Shown here: positions 1 through 11,760 of the stretch, in pieces
How positions within the stretch are numbered: position 1 is the stretch's first letter
Layout: each line of letters begins with the position of its first letter
Assembly (NCBI GenBank): GCA_964016885.1
Contig: OZ024758.1
Coordinates: 3,844,001-3,908,000, forward strand
Direction of reading: 5' to 3'
Origin: Eledone cirrhosa
Taxonomy: Eukaryota
Length of the DNA stretch: 64,000 bases
Program-made: the position numbers and the translations under genes
The notes under the pieces: generated by a model
What the model was told of the DNA's origin: nothing
What the model saw: only the letters and a program-made list of their open reading frames with translations
Databases searched by the model: none

Positions 1-241
1 TTACTATAACCATTGGACTTCCTGCCTGTACAAATAATAACGATTCTTCTCCCTCTTCTGAACATACCTCTCATACTATCATACTCCTACTCCGCCTCCT
101 CCCCTTCACCCTCCTCCTACTCCACCTCCTCATCATCATCATCATCATCAGCCATTTCCTCGACATAATCATTGCGAACAAGATGGTTATTGACATCGTC
201 ATCATCACAACTCTAGAAGATTACATAACTGTAACACAGTA

Positions 242-690
242 GTGGTAGTAGTAGTGGTAGTGGTAGTAGTAGTAGTAGTAATGGTTGTAGTATTGGTGGT
301 GGTGATCTTAGTAATAGTAGTAGAAGCAGCAGCAGCAGTAATGGTGGTGATAGCTTTAGTAGTATTACTGGTAGTGGTTGTTTTAGTAGTAGTAGTAGTA
401 GTATCGGCGGTGGTGGTTTTAGTAGTAGAAATAGTAGTAGTGGTGGTGATTTTAGTAATAGTAGTAGAAGCAGCAGCAGTAAGAGTGGTGGTGGTGGCAG
501 TAGTAGTAGTACTAGTAGTAGTGGTAGTTGTCGTGGTGGTGGTGTTAGTTTTAGTAGTAGTAGTTGTGGTGGTGATTTATGTAATAATAGTAGAAGCAGC
601 AGCGGTTATAATGGTGGTGGTGGTGGTAGTGGCTGTAGTAGTAGTAGTAGTGGTAGTTGTTGTGGTGGTGCTAGGGGTAGTAGTAGCAGT
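242..690. repeat. Cryptic (GTA/GTG)n trinucleotide repeat
   Basis: Continuous gta/gtg/gca triplets; the poly-Val ORF is an artefact of the repeat. Confidence 0.95.
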
Positions 691-839
691 GGGGAGTGGC
701 TGTTGGGGTCGGGCCATAACGACGATGGCTAGAAATCTAAAAATCAATTAATTGACGTGGTCAATACTCATTACAGTGCTTGGCTGAATGATTAGATGTT
801 GCAACAAAACTGGCTGGTAAGTGCAGTGTGAGGGAGTGG

Positions 840-982
840 GGAGAGGTGGAGTGAGAGCTGGGAGAGATAGAGGTGGAGTGAGAGCTGGGAGAGATAGAGG
901 TGGAGTGAGAGCTGGGAGAGATAGAGGTGGAGTGAGAGCTGGCAGAGATAGAGGGGGAGTGAGAGCTGGCAGAGATAGAGGA
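840..982. repeat. 27-bp purine-rich minisatellite, about 5 copies
   Basis: Unit gagatagaggtggagtgagagctggga is repeated in tandem and translates as LSLPALTPP repeats on the minus strand. Confidence 0.9.
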
Positions 983-1293
983 AGAGTTTGTTTGAGAGAC
1001 GGGATCATAGCTGAATCTGTGTGCATATGAGAGAAAAAGAAAGCCTGAGTATGCGAGAGTAGCGAGTTTGTGTATGTGTTTGAGAGAGGGATACAATGAA
1101 AAAGGGAAACATAGAGAGAGAGAGAGCGAGCGGGCTGGCTAGCGAGGGTAATGTGCTTCTGGGGAAGAGGGGTGGGGGCCTAGAGTATAGAAAGAGATTA
1201 TTGGAATAATATACACGAAGAGTTATGTGTCAGACAGGCATAAATAATAAGGATCGATAGAATAAACACAGCCTACAAAACGTATCGAAAAAT

Positions 1294-1848
1294 ATGAATA
1301 TATATATATATGTGTGTTTATGTATGTATATGTATTTATATACTTATGTATGTATATATATATATGTATGTATGTGTATATGTATATACATATGTATGTG
1401 TATATGTATATACATATGTATGTGTATATGTATATACATATGTATGTGTATATATATATGTATGTATGTGTATGTGTATATATATATGTATGTATGTGTA
1501 TGTGTATATATATATGTATGTATGTGTATATGTATATATATATGTATATATATATGTATATGTATGTGTATATGTATATATATATGTATGTATATATATG
1601 TGTATATGTATATGTATATGTGTGTATATATATATGTATGTGTATATGTATATATATATGTATGTGTATATGTATATGTATATATGTGTATATGTATATG
1701 TATATATGTGTATATGTATGTGTATATATGTATGTATATATGTGTATATGTATGTGTATATATGTGTGTATATATGTGTATATATCTGTATATATATATG
1801 TATATATATATATGTATGTGTATATATATATGTATATGTATGTATATA
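1294..1848. repeat. Compound (TA)/(TG) microsatellite
   Basis: Alternating tatatatg/tgtatg units. Confidence 0.95.
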
Positions 1849-2031
1849 AGAGGGTGTTAAAGTTTGCTTGAAGCATTGTGAAATATGTAAAATATGTAGT
1901 TTAGAAAGCCACAACAATGCAGATGTATGTGTATGTATGTATGTATGTATGTATATACATACAAACTTATACATATATTTTTGTGACTAGTCTCTGTAAC
2001 GTAATAAATATATAAGATTATTAAACGTAAG

Positions 2032-2070
<39 letters not shown>

Positions 2071-2396
2071 GAGGGGTAGGCTATTGTTTTCGTGTGTGTG
2101 TGTTGTGTATTATTTGTTGGGCATTCAAAACAGTAGCGACTTTAGAGTCTTCTATTTTTTATGCGTATATTCAAGACTGGAATTTAATGGTGACAATGTG
2201 TTCATCGAAAACCTGATAACGTATAATACGTTCATCTGTCAACATAGACTATGGAAATGATAAATTATTTAAACAAATACCATGAATGTATATATATACA
2301 TATATACTTATATATATATATATGTATATAAATTAGGTCTCTATTTACATATCGGAGGCTCATCTTTCGTGATAAGACTTCATGTGCAAGCAACTG

Positions 2397-2477
<81 letters not shown>

Positions 2478-2504
2478 ATTTTTGTATATATATATATATG
2501 TATG

Positions 2505-2695
2505 GGTGTGCGATAAATAGTTCCCGAGTTGAATCAATCACGGTAAACATAGTAAATAAGGTAGTCAAATCATGAGTAAGATGAAGACAGATGTTTGTAC
2601 AGAAAAGGTTTCTATACGACAGCAGTTATCAGTACGATGATTTCATACGAATGAAACATTTCTAGTTCTGTAAAAGCCTTTTTTATACAAATTCA
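2505..2695 (+). mobile_element. Penelope-like terminal remnant with decayed HHR motif (family H3)
   Basis: Flanked by TA repeats; contains cgatga-tttc atac gaat-GAAAC atttcta GTT ctgta; its 5' part resembles 28551-28610. Confidence 0.5.
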
Positions 2696-2854
2696 TATAT
2701 ATATTCAAAACAGGGGTTCACACGACAAACAAATTGGAAAAAAACAATTGAAAGACTTTCAGCCCCATTCCTCAGTTAACCTCTGCAAACCAATACGGTT
2801 TCGGATATTTAGATTTTAACAGTTCATTCTAGTGAAGAAGATATATATGCGTAT

Positions 2855-2997
2855 GAAGGCGCATGGCTTAGTGGTTAGAGCATTAGGCTTGCAATCGAAA
2901 GGTGAGTTCAATTCTCGGTCCGGGGGATGTGTTGTTTCCTTAAGCAAGACACTTTATTTCACGTTGTTCCAGTTTACTCAGCTGTAGAAATGAGATG
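2855..2997 (+). mobile_element. tRNA-derived SINE family A (CORE-like domain)
   Basis: A box tggcttagtgg and B box gagttcaattc, then ccttaagcaagacactttatttcacgttgttccagtttactcagctgtagaaatg, which resembles the MIR/CORE domain; five related copies in the window. Confidence 0.8.
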
Positions 2998-3325
2998 ATA
3001 GGACTGATGTCCCTATCATTAAAACACCCTAGAAAACTCCAATGAGATACAAACTCGGAGGAGGCCAGCTAAACCTATATAGGTGTGAGCTGCAACAATC
3101 ACAGCATATGCGTGTGTAAATCGGTTTACGATGCGTGTGGAAGAGAATCCGAAAAACTCCAGCCATCACTTACTCAATGATATTGTAAGATTTATACGAT
3201 AGAAATACAGACATATAAATAACGTGGCTCATGTTTTCTCTTTTAGTAAATAAATGGCTATCTGTGGGAAATTTTATTTGTATATTATATCAACACGGAC
3301 TGTCAACATATTTGTGTGTGTATAG

Positions 3326-3356
<31 letters not shown>

Positions 3357-3437
3357 CTCACTCAAACACACACACACACATATATAAATATATATATATA
3401 TATATAATGTCTATATGTGTGTGTGTGTGTGTGTGTA

Positions 3438-3470
<33 letters not shown>

Positions 3471-3489
3471 GTCTATATATGTCTATATA

Positions 3490-3539
<50 letters not shown>

Positions 3540-4084
3540 TATATATGTGTGTGTATATATATATATATTTATATATATATTCATATACATTAGAAGAGAG
3601 AGACTATCGATTTCTTTATTTATAGATTATATGTTCGATCAATTGATTATTTGATAGCCAGACAAATAACTGTATAGTCTAATTTATTTACAAATAAATA
3701 GACAAGGTAACAAGGAATATTTATTCTTTCTGTCTAGCTATCTATCCATCTTTATATCTATCGTTCTCTCCCTCTGTCTCTTTGCCTGTCTATCTAGCTA
3801 ATTGCCTCTCCTTCAGTCTGTGTCTATCTATCTCTCCCTCCGCCTGTCTCTTTACTTGTCTATCTATGTATTTCTCTCTCTCTCTCTCTCTAAAATCCAA
3901 TTAGTAAACCTGGTTGTTCAGATAAGCCCCCGAATTTGGTCGTTGACAAATGTAAAGCACTCTACGTCTTGTATTCCTTAAAGTTTTATCAATAAGGTTA
4001 TAACCGTAGTGTTGATATTATCAAGAAGAGTAACGGTTTAACTTGTACATCCACTGTTTATTACATAATCCTGTTATACGTATT

Positions 4085-4120
<36 letters not shown>

Positions 4121-4123
<3 letters not shown>

Positions 4124-4213
4124 AAAGAAAGTTAGGTAATGAACCATAACGCACCAGAGTACTTGATCTAGCTGTCTAAACGGTTGCGGCTTAGCCGTCG
4201 GGGTCCCGATTCT

Positions 4214-4218
<5 letters not shown>
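4121..4218 (+). mobile_element. (TA)n-embedded PLE-like remnant with HHR 3' half (family H2)
   Basis: Shares accataacgcaccagagtact and aaacgg...gccgtcggggtc with 20691 and 40778; (TA)n on both sides. Confidence 0.65.
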
Positions 4219-4263
<45 letters not shown>

Positions 4264-4353
4264 GTTTTTGCTGAAGCTAGGTATGTGACTTTAGTCACTA
4301 CCTTAAATTCACAGCGAAAGGCTTTCAAAATGTATTAAAATAAACATACTGTA

Positions 4354-4431
4354 TTTACGGGGTCGATAAAATAAAGTACCAGTAATGCACTGGGTATTTG
4401 CTGGCCTTGTGCTTCAAGTAGAAACAATTAT
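4354..4431 (+). mobile_element. SINE family B (Meta-like domain), 3' fragment, short variant
   Basis: ttacggggtcgataaaataaagtaccagtaatgcactgg...ggccttgtgc...gtagaaacaatta matches the full copy at 44088. Confidence 0.85.
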
Positions 4432-4451
4432 ATATAGAATACATACATTCA

Positions 4452-4494
<43 letters not shown>

Positions 4495-4809
4495 TATATG
4501 TGTGTGTGTATATGTATATAAAAGCATGTATATATATGTGTGTTTGTATGCCAATGGTAAGGAGAAATAAAGAAAACGACAATTACAAGGAAGTATATAT
4601 TAGTTTTTCGCTTGACACAGTAAGAAAACATTGATATAAAGAGAGAAAAGAGATAATTTGATTGACATTTAAGGTTGATTACAAATTTCAATGAGTTTTT
4701 ATCTTCTTTTCTTTTGTATTTTCTTGTTCTGAAGCAGAAACGAGAATAAGACATATTTCATTTCACAATTCAGCAGATTATTTCATAGGTTGTTAATAGC
4801 AACAAAGAT

Positions 4810-4955
4810 GTTGATTTGACAGTCGTTAGAATGTTGGAGAGAATCCTTTGTACTCTTCTTTCTGCTGTCTACTTTCTGAGTTCAAATTCCGCTGAATTCA
4901 ACTCATCGTATCAATGTCGATAAATATGTATGTCTTGGACTGGGGTAGATTATTC
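4810..4955 (+). mobile_element. Diverged SINE family B copy
   Basis: ttctgagttcaaattccgc B box, then gtcgataaa...actggggtagat. Confidence 0.55.
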
Positions 4956-5029
4956 CTTTACATCTATCTCTCACTTCCTTTCTCTCACACTCTCTCTCTT
5001 TCTCTCTCACTCTCTCTTTTTCTCTCTCT

Positions 5030-5060
<31 letters not shown>

Positions 5061-5084
5061 GAAGAAACTTGCTGTATTCCGACC

Positions 5085-5234
5085 ATCGGTCTTTCCAATT
5101 GATAATACTGTCTATCAGTCGCAACTCCAGGTACAAAGAGCAGCGTGAAATAAAATGTCTTGCTCAAGGACATACCACATCGCCCGGTCCGGGTGTCGAA
5201 CTCACAACCTACTGATCGCGAATCCAACACTCTA
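5085..5234 (-). mobile_element. SINE family A
   Basis: The reverse complement has gagttcgacacccggaccggg and gtccttgagcaagacattttatttcacg; the tail is shared with 27170 and 39530. Confidence 0.8.
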
Positions 5235-5479
5235 TATAACTGATTATTAAAGGTGAAATAGGTGCATAATGTTGAAGACGATAATGATGTATAGGGTGTG
5301 TGAAGAAAAGTAAGAGATATATGATGATGCTGATGATGATGAGGTTTTATAGAAGGAGGATTGAGTTGCTATGGAGGAGGGGTTGTACGAGTTAATGAAA
5401 GTATATATGTCTGTGACGTATGGCTGTTGTGAAAAGCTGTACATTCATAACTCTCTCACATAAATATATACATTCAAAC

Positions 5480-5531
<52 letters not shown>

Positions 5532-5938
5532 TAGTTCACCTTGATTTAATATTGATTTTTTTTTTCCGGGTAATTATTAGATCAGAAAAAAAATATATAT
5601 ATTTGCGAGATTTGAATGACTGATGCCTCGAGAATTGTTCGTTATTCTCTGCGGCAATAGTTTTGCTATATTCTCTGAGGCACATTTAAGGAATACCACC
5701 TATAATGAGGTATAAATCTGAACCACTCTCACACAATATCATTATTTAAATTTTTTTTTCTCTAATTTTTTCTATTGTAAACATTATATAATTTAGTTGA
5801 CGTTCGTTGAATAAAAATACAACAATATTCTAGTATATCAATGGTACATCAAGAACAAAAGTATACAGAATACAATAACTCCCATTAGATGGATGTATGA
5901 CCCCTATTATAGCTCCTTAAATATGTTGGTATATATAT

Positions 5939-6125
5939 GAAGACATATGGCTTAGTGGTTAGAGCGTTAGGCTTGCAATTGAAAGGTTGTATGTTCGATT
6001 TTCGGACCGGGTTGTGTGTTGTATCCTTAAAAATGACACTTTATTTCACGTTGCTCCAGTTTACTCGGCTGTAGAAATGAATTGCGACGTCACTGGTGCC
6101 AAACTATGTAGCCTAATGCCCCTCC
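5939..6125 (+). mobile_element. SINE family A
   Basis: tggcttagtggttagagcg A box, gttcgattttc B box, then the CORE-like acactttatttcacgttgctccagtttactcggctgtagaaatg. Confidence 0.82.
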
Positions 6126-6277
6126 CTGTGACAGCATCATATAGAGTGTATATATATACACACCTACACACAGTTACACAATATCTTATAGATTTCTTCT
6201 TTGATCTGACCGAATTTTGTGATGCACTTTCATTGTTACTGGTGTCTGTTATCAATGGAATAGTAGTAATATATGTA

Positions 6278-6755
6278 TTACTATTACTACTATTACTACT
6301 ACCACTACTACTACTACCACCACCACCACCACTACTACTTCTACTACTGCTATTTCTACTACTACTACTACTATTACTACTACAACTATCTCTACTACGG
6401 AAATTGAACAAGAAATAACAACTATTATAATATAGTAGTAGTAGTGCTAGTGTTGGTAGTAGTAGTGCTAGTGTTGGTAGTAGTAGTGCTAGTGTTGGTA
6501 GTAGTAGTGCTAGTGTTGGTAGTAGTAGTGCTAGTGTTGGTAGTAGTAGTGCTAGTGTTGGTAGTAGTAGTGATGGTGGTGGTAGTAGTAGTGATGGTGG
6601 TTTTACTGGTTGTAGAAGTTGAAGTGGTGGTGGTAGTAGTTGTGGTGGTACTGGTAGTAGTAGTAGTGGTGGTGGTGGTGGTATTAGTAGTGGTAGTAGT
6701 GGAGGTGGTACTGGTAGTAGTGGTAGAAGTAGTAGTTGCGTTGGTAGTAGTAGTA
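6278..6755. repeat. (CTA)n then (GTA/GTG)n repeats, including a 21-bp unit x6
   Basis: gtagtagtagtgctagtgttg in tandem at about 6434-6570; the triplet strand switches at about 6400-6433. Confidence 0.9.
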
Positions 6756-6910
6756 ACGTGGATGGAGCTAATATGTTTTCAAAGATTGTACAAAGATAAA
6801 TGGCGACTGTCAACATTTTGCGACATAAAGCTGTTATGGTCTCCTTAATTTACTTTACCAATACTTGTAATATAGACAATCGTTCAACGGAAAAACAGAA
6901 TACTTTTTAC

Positions 6911-7288
6911 TCCTTCTCTGTCTCTCTCTATCTTTCACTCTTTTTCTCTCTGTCTCTCTGACTCTTTCGCTCTGTCTTTTTCACGCTGTATTTCTCTCTC
7001 TCTCTCTCTTTCTTTCTTTCTCTCTCTTTCTCTCTCTTTCTCTCTCTTTCTCTCTTTCTTTCTCTCTCTTTCTCTCTTTCTTTCTCTCTCTTTCTCTCTT
7101 CCTTTCTCTCTTCCTTTCCCTCTTTCTTTCTATCTTTCTCTTTTTCTTTCTTTCATTCTTTATTTCTCTATTTCTTTCTTTCTTTCTCTCTTTCTTTCTC
7201 TCTTTCTTTCTCTCTTTCTTTCTCTCTTTCTTTCTCTCTTCCTTTCTCTCTTCATCTCTCTCTCTCTCTCACTCTCCCTCCCTCTCTT
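6911..7288. repeat. Polypyrimidine (CT/CTTT)n tract
   Basis: Nearly pure C/T sequence. Confidence 0.95.
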
Positions 7289-7394
7289 ACTGCCACCTCT
7301 GCTATAGTCTCTCATGTATTATTCTGAGAATGTCAGATGTTATTCCATCAGTTATACACTGATACGTTCGTTCAAAGAAGTGTCTTGAGTGGCT

Positions 7395-7448
<54 letters not shown>

Positions 7449-7452
7449 TTTT

Positions 7453-7672
7453 ATATAAAGCACTCGACAAGTATTTGGAGTAGATATACGATATTAATAA
7501 ATGGAAACTATATTTATAAAAGCATATTTATTTCATTAAACATATTTCAGGGATACCAAATTAATTTGGTATCCCTGAAATATGTATAATGAAATAAATA
7601 TGGTTTTATAAATATAGTTTCCATTTATTAATATCGTATATCTACTCCAAATACTTGTCGAGTGCTTTATAT
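7453..7672. mobile_element. 220-bp near-perfect palindrome derived from a PLE-like terminal repeat (family H1)
   Basis: Arms of 110 bp centred on aaatt|aattt (7562/7563) with two mismatches; the arm sequence is homologous to 7768-7840. Confidence 0.85.
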
Positions 7673-7724
7673 CAGTTATACAAATATTTACTTGTTGTAT
7701 CCCAACAATTTTAAATAGAACTTT

Positions 7725-7766
<42 letters not shown>

Positions 7767-7806
7767 ATATATTAATAAATGGAAACTATATTTATAAAAC
7801 CATAGT

Positions 7807-7872
7807 TATTTTATTATACATATTTCAAGGGCAACCAAGGCAAATTATGGTGCGCTTTCATCAGATAAAATA
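7807..7872 (-). ncRNA. Minimal type I hammerhead ribozyme, apparently intact
   Basis: Minus strand reads UAUUUUAU-CUGAUGA-[aagcgcacca...ugguugcccuu]-GAAA-U-augu-A-U-A^-AUAAAAUA; 8-bp stem I, full core, AUA triplet. Confidence 0.7.
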
Positions 7873-8149
7873 CAGATTTGTTTTATAACTAAATATTGAT
7901 ATATCCGAAAAAAAGACAACCTTAACGGTTGGAGCTTACTGGATAGTATATATATATATATAGTATATATATATACATGTTGAATTCTTCTAATCTGTTA
8001 TAAATTAACTTTGTTGAATAATCAACAAATTAACTCATTGTTTATATATATATAATGTATGTATAAGTATGTATGTATATTTATATATATATATATATAT
8101 ATATATAATGCATTTTGTATGGCAAAAGCCCACTGACTGGAACAGACAA

Positions 8150-8310
8150 AAGTGTACAAGGATCTCTCCCTCTCGGCCCTTTTTTTCCCTCCTCCCCTCG
8201 CCCTTTTCCCCTCCCCGCGCCCCTTTTCCTCCACCTCCTCATCCCTCGCCCTATTCTCCCTCGCCCCTTTTCCTCCTCCTCTCATTCTTTTTCCCTTCTC
8301 CCCCTCTCCT
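8150..8310. repeat. C/T-rich low-complexity tract
   Basis: Runs of ccct/cctc/cgccc. Confidence 0.7.
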
Positions 8311-8664
8311 ATGCGGAAATGTTCTTTGTAACTGGTAAGATATTCGCTGTTAATATCTATTTTCAACGCCTCTCGGCCACAAATTTAAGTTTAAATTAAA
8401 AACCGAAAATTTCGGCAGGAAGTGTACTCCAGATCCCTTATACTGGCTTGTCAGCTACCACCAGATAGTAATACACACAACGAACGGACATTTTTAGAGC
8501 TTGTAATATTGGCATTTGAGTGCTTTCTCTTGGGAGACGATTATTTAATGGATTCTCCTAATATTGAACATTAAGTTCAAATTGTCAGGAAATGGCCAAA
8601 ACATTGTGTTCCTAATTGCACTAATAACATTCAGCATGTCACCTCACATGCATACTGCTAAGGA

Positions 8665-9362
8665 GTGTTTCTACTTTTGGCACAAGGCCAGCAATTATCC
8701 CAGTGCATTGCTGGTACTTTATTTTATTGACCCCATAGAGATGAAAGGCAAAATTAACCTCGGCAGGATTTGAACTCAGATCATAAAGGGTCGTAACTCT
8801 ATGCTAAAAAGCAGAGCGTCAAATCTTCTACCGATACTACCAAATGGTTTCCGATTCGGGCACCAATTTTGGGGGAGGTGAAAGTTGATTATATCTACCC
8901 CAGTGTATTACATGTACTTTATTTTATCCATCACGTAAGGAAGAGAAGCAAAGATAACCTCAGCGGCATTTGAACTCAGAGCGTAAAGATCCATAACTCT
9001 ATGCCATGAAGTATACTATCCGATGCTCTAATGATCCTGCCAAGCCACTGCCCTTTCAATGCTAATAATTGTTTCTACTTTTGGCACAAGGCCAGCAATT
9101 ACCCCAGAACATTACTGGTACTTTATTTTATCGACCACGTAAGGATGAAAGGCAAAGTTAATCTCGGCGGGATGTGAACTCAGATCGTAAAGGGACGTAA
9201 CTATGCTAGAAAGCATGGCGTCCAACCCTCTACCGATACTGCCAATCCACCGCCTGTAAAACAATAATTGTTTCTACTTTAGGCACAAGGCCATCAATTA
9301 TCCAGTACATTACTGGTACTTTATTTTATCGACCCCGTAAGGATGAAAGGCAAAGTTAACCT
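8665..9362 (-). mobile_element. Cluster of four SINE family B copies (about 8665-8845, 8846-9055, 9064-9255, 9263-9362)
   Basis: Repeated tgtttctacttttggcacaaggccagcaatt...gtactttattttatcgacccc...ggatgaaaggcaaagttaacc...gaactcag; the last copy is 5'-truncated. Confidence 0.9.
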
Positions 9363-9473
9363 TTATAACAATAATAAGTAAATGTGTATGTATATATGGA
9401 TGAATGTACGCATTATCGCTGCGAGTGTAAGACATCGCGCATTAATCGTATATATGAAGTGTATATAGTTTAA

Positions 9474-9507
<34 letters not shown>

Positions 9508-9519
9508 ATATATCATATA

Positions 9520-9606
9520 TCGCAAAGAGGGTGTGGTAAGGTACCAGATTCGGATCTAGCTGTCGAAACGGCCGGAGGTCAGCCGTCGAGGTCCTGAATC
9601 CTTTCA
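9520..9606 (+). mobile_element. (TA)n-embedded PLE-like remnant with HHR 3' half (family H2)
   Basis: tagctgtc-GAAACGGC-cggaggtca-GCCGTC-gaggtc between TA repeats. Confidence 0.65.
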
Positions 9607-9922
9607 TATATATATATATATATATGATGTATGAATGCATCAGATGTTTATAATATTTGATTATTTATGATCTCCAATTGGTATCGACTTTCGAAAATGA
9701 TTTACTATAATTTATTTGTTTATTTAGTTCCATGTCAATTAATTTCGTTTTAGATTAGTTTGTTTGTTTGTCTTTAAATTATATCACATCATTCATTATT
9801 GTGATTGAAGATAGTGAATCACATATAATTATCTTCGTATCTTGATAAATGTTCATTGGTGGAGCATAACAATAGATAAACAACAACAACAGCTACACCA
9901 TTGTCAAATACAACTACTAGGC

Positions 9923-10256
9923 TAATAATGGTTTCTTATGTAGGCACAAGGCCAGCAATTTTGGGGGGAGGGAAAAGTCGATGAAATCGACCCCAGTGCG
10001 TGACTGGTACTTTATTTTATCGACCCCCGTAAGGATGAAAGGCAAAGTTAACCTCGGCGGGATGTGAACTCAGATCGTAAAGGGACGTAACTATGCTAGA
10101 AAGCATGGCGTCCAACCCTCTACCGATACTGCCAATCCACCGCCTGTAAAACAATAATAATTGTTTCTACTTTAGGCACAAGGCCATCAATTATCCAGTA
10201 CATTACTGGTACTTTATTTTATCGACCCCGTAAGGATGAAAGGCAAAGTTAACCTT
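9923..10256 (-). mobile_element. Two SINE family B copies (full long variant plus truncated short variant)
   Basis: The long variant carries ttggggggagggaaaagtcgatgaaatcgacccc; 10020-10270 is nearly identical to 9130-9378. Confidence 0.9.
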
Positions 10257-10734
10257 TATAACAATAATAATGATAGTAAAAATATAAATAACAACGTCAA
10301 TGACCACGATGATGATGGTGATGACAATAATGACAACAACAACATAGAAGAAAAGATACATATCAATTTTTTTATTGATTAAGCAGAAGCTTCGATAATG
10401 TGCTAAAACAGTTGTTAATTAGACATAAAACATGAAATTGTACAAACAGTTCAAGTTCAATATAACGTTTGTGTTTTGAAACTGCTGATGATGGAATTTA
10501 TGAAATGTATGGAATGTTGTTGGTTGATATAGGATTGACTAGTGTTGTGAGAGAATAATCATTAAAAAAATGTTATTGTTAAATATTTAAAAGAAAAATA
10601 TGTTTTAAAATATTTATTTTAAATTAAAGTATGCTTTCTTTTTCGCAGAAAAAGGTTTGTCTGTCTTGAGAGACGAATACCTCAACACTTTAATCTAGTC
10701 TCTTAAGTGCAATTTTAAATCAAACTAGTGATAG

Positions 10735-10920
10735 AGGAGGGCCTCTGCGGGTGTGCTCAGCTCAGAGTCCCTTTAATTACACCCTACTCTCATTAAAATA
10801 TCTCCAAGAAAACTATAGAAAATATATATGCCAAATAAAACGAGATGGTCAGTTGTGTTACGCTTTTGATAATAAGACTCTTTTATCAGGACAACTCTGT
10901 AGCTAAATATAATCAATAAG
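10735..10920 (+). mobile_element. Old dispersed repeat family C (SINE-like), decayed
   Basis: gcctctgcgggtgtgctcag...gagatggtcagttgtgttacgcttttgat aligns by eye with reverse complements at 50685-50850 and 52480-52730. Confidence 0.45.
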
Positions 10921-10961
10921 AGTAAGAACTAGTTTACATCAACTGATCAATTGCAATGAAG

Positions 10962-11073
10962 CAGTATTTTGATCATTGAATTAATATCTGGATCAAAACA
11001 GTGTTTTGACCATTGAATTAATATCTGAATCAAAAGCTGTGTTTGACCATTGAAATAATACCTGACTCAAAGG
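10962..11073. repeat. About 37-bp tandem repeat x3
   Basis: cagtgttttgaccattgaattaatatctgaatcaaaa repeated three times with divergence. Confidence 0.8.
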
Positions 11074-11698
11074 CCCAAGGAGGCGAATATTTAAGACTTG
11101 CATAAAACGACGATGAAAAAAAAGGAAAAGACCACAAGAGATCTGTATTTCCTCAGGCAAAGTAAACCAAAAATTCAGATTCGAATATATTCATATATTA
11201 TTTCTTCAGAAATCTCTCTATAAAGCTTGCTAAACCGTTAAAAGGCAATCATGATGAGATATGAGAAACACTATGAAAAACCGGCGACTTGACCGAATGT
11301 TTGCTTTATAAGACTCGGAAAATGAGTTAAATCCACCTTCAAGCATTTGGTAATGGGTTTATACTATATAATGTGTGGTTACTAGATAATAGAATCGGAC
11401 AGAATCTATCTATTGCTGTAAACAACTCCAGTCAGGATTTCATACACACGCACACATATATATATACAGAGAGAGAGAGAGAGAGAGAGAGATGCATATC
11501 TATATATGTACATAACACACACATATTCACTGACACACATACAGACATACACACACACATACATATACATAAATAAATAAATATATATATATATATATAT
11601 AAATGAAAAGTATAGAAATTATATATATATATATATATATTTCTCCTTCGCACCAAATCTTCCTACGTAGTTATTCCTGTTTTTCCTGGTACCATTCT

Positions 11699-11760
<62 letters not shown>

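Noticed and set aside
2855-2925. Functional tRNA gene (also 5939, 39620-39690, 44088)
   Set aside because: A and B boxes are present but there is no complete cloverleaf, and each continues into a SINE body
3010-3170. RTE-type LINE 3' end (RRPAKPI resembling GRPAKTYID)
   Set aside because: Only one short motif; not supportable without a search
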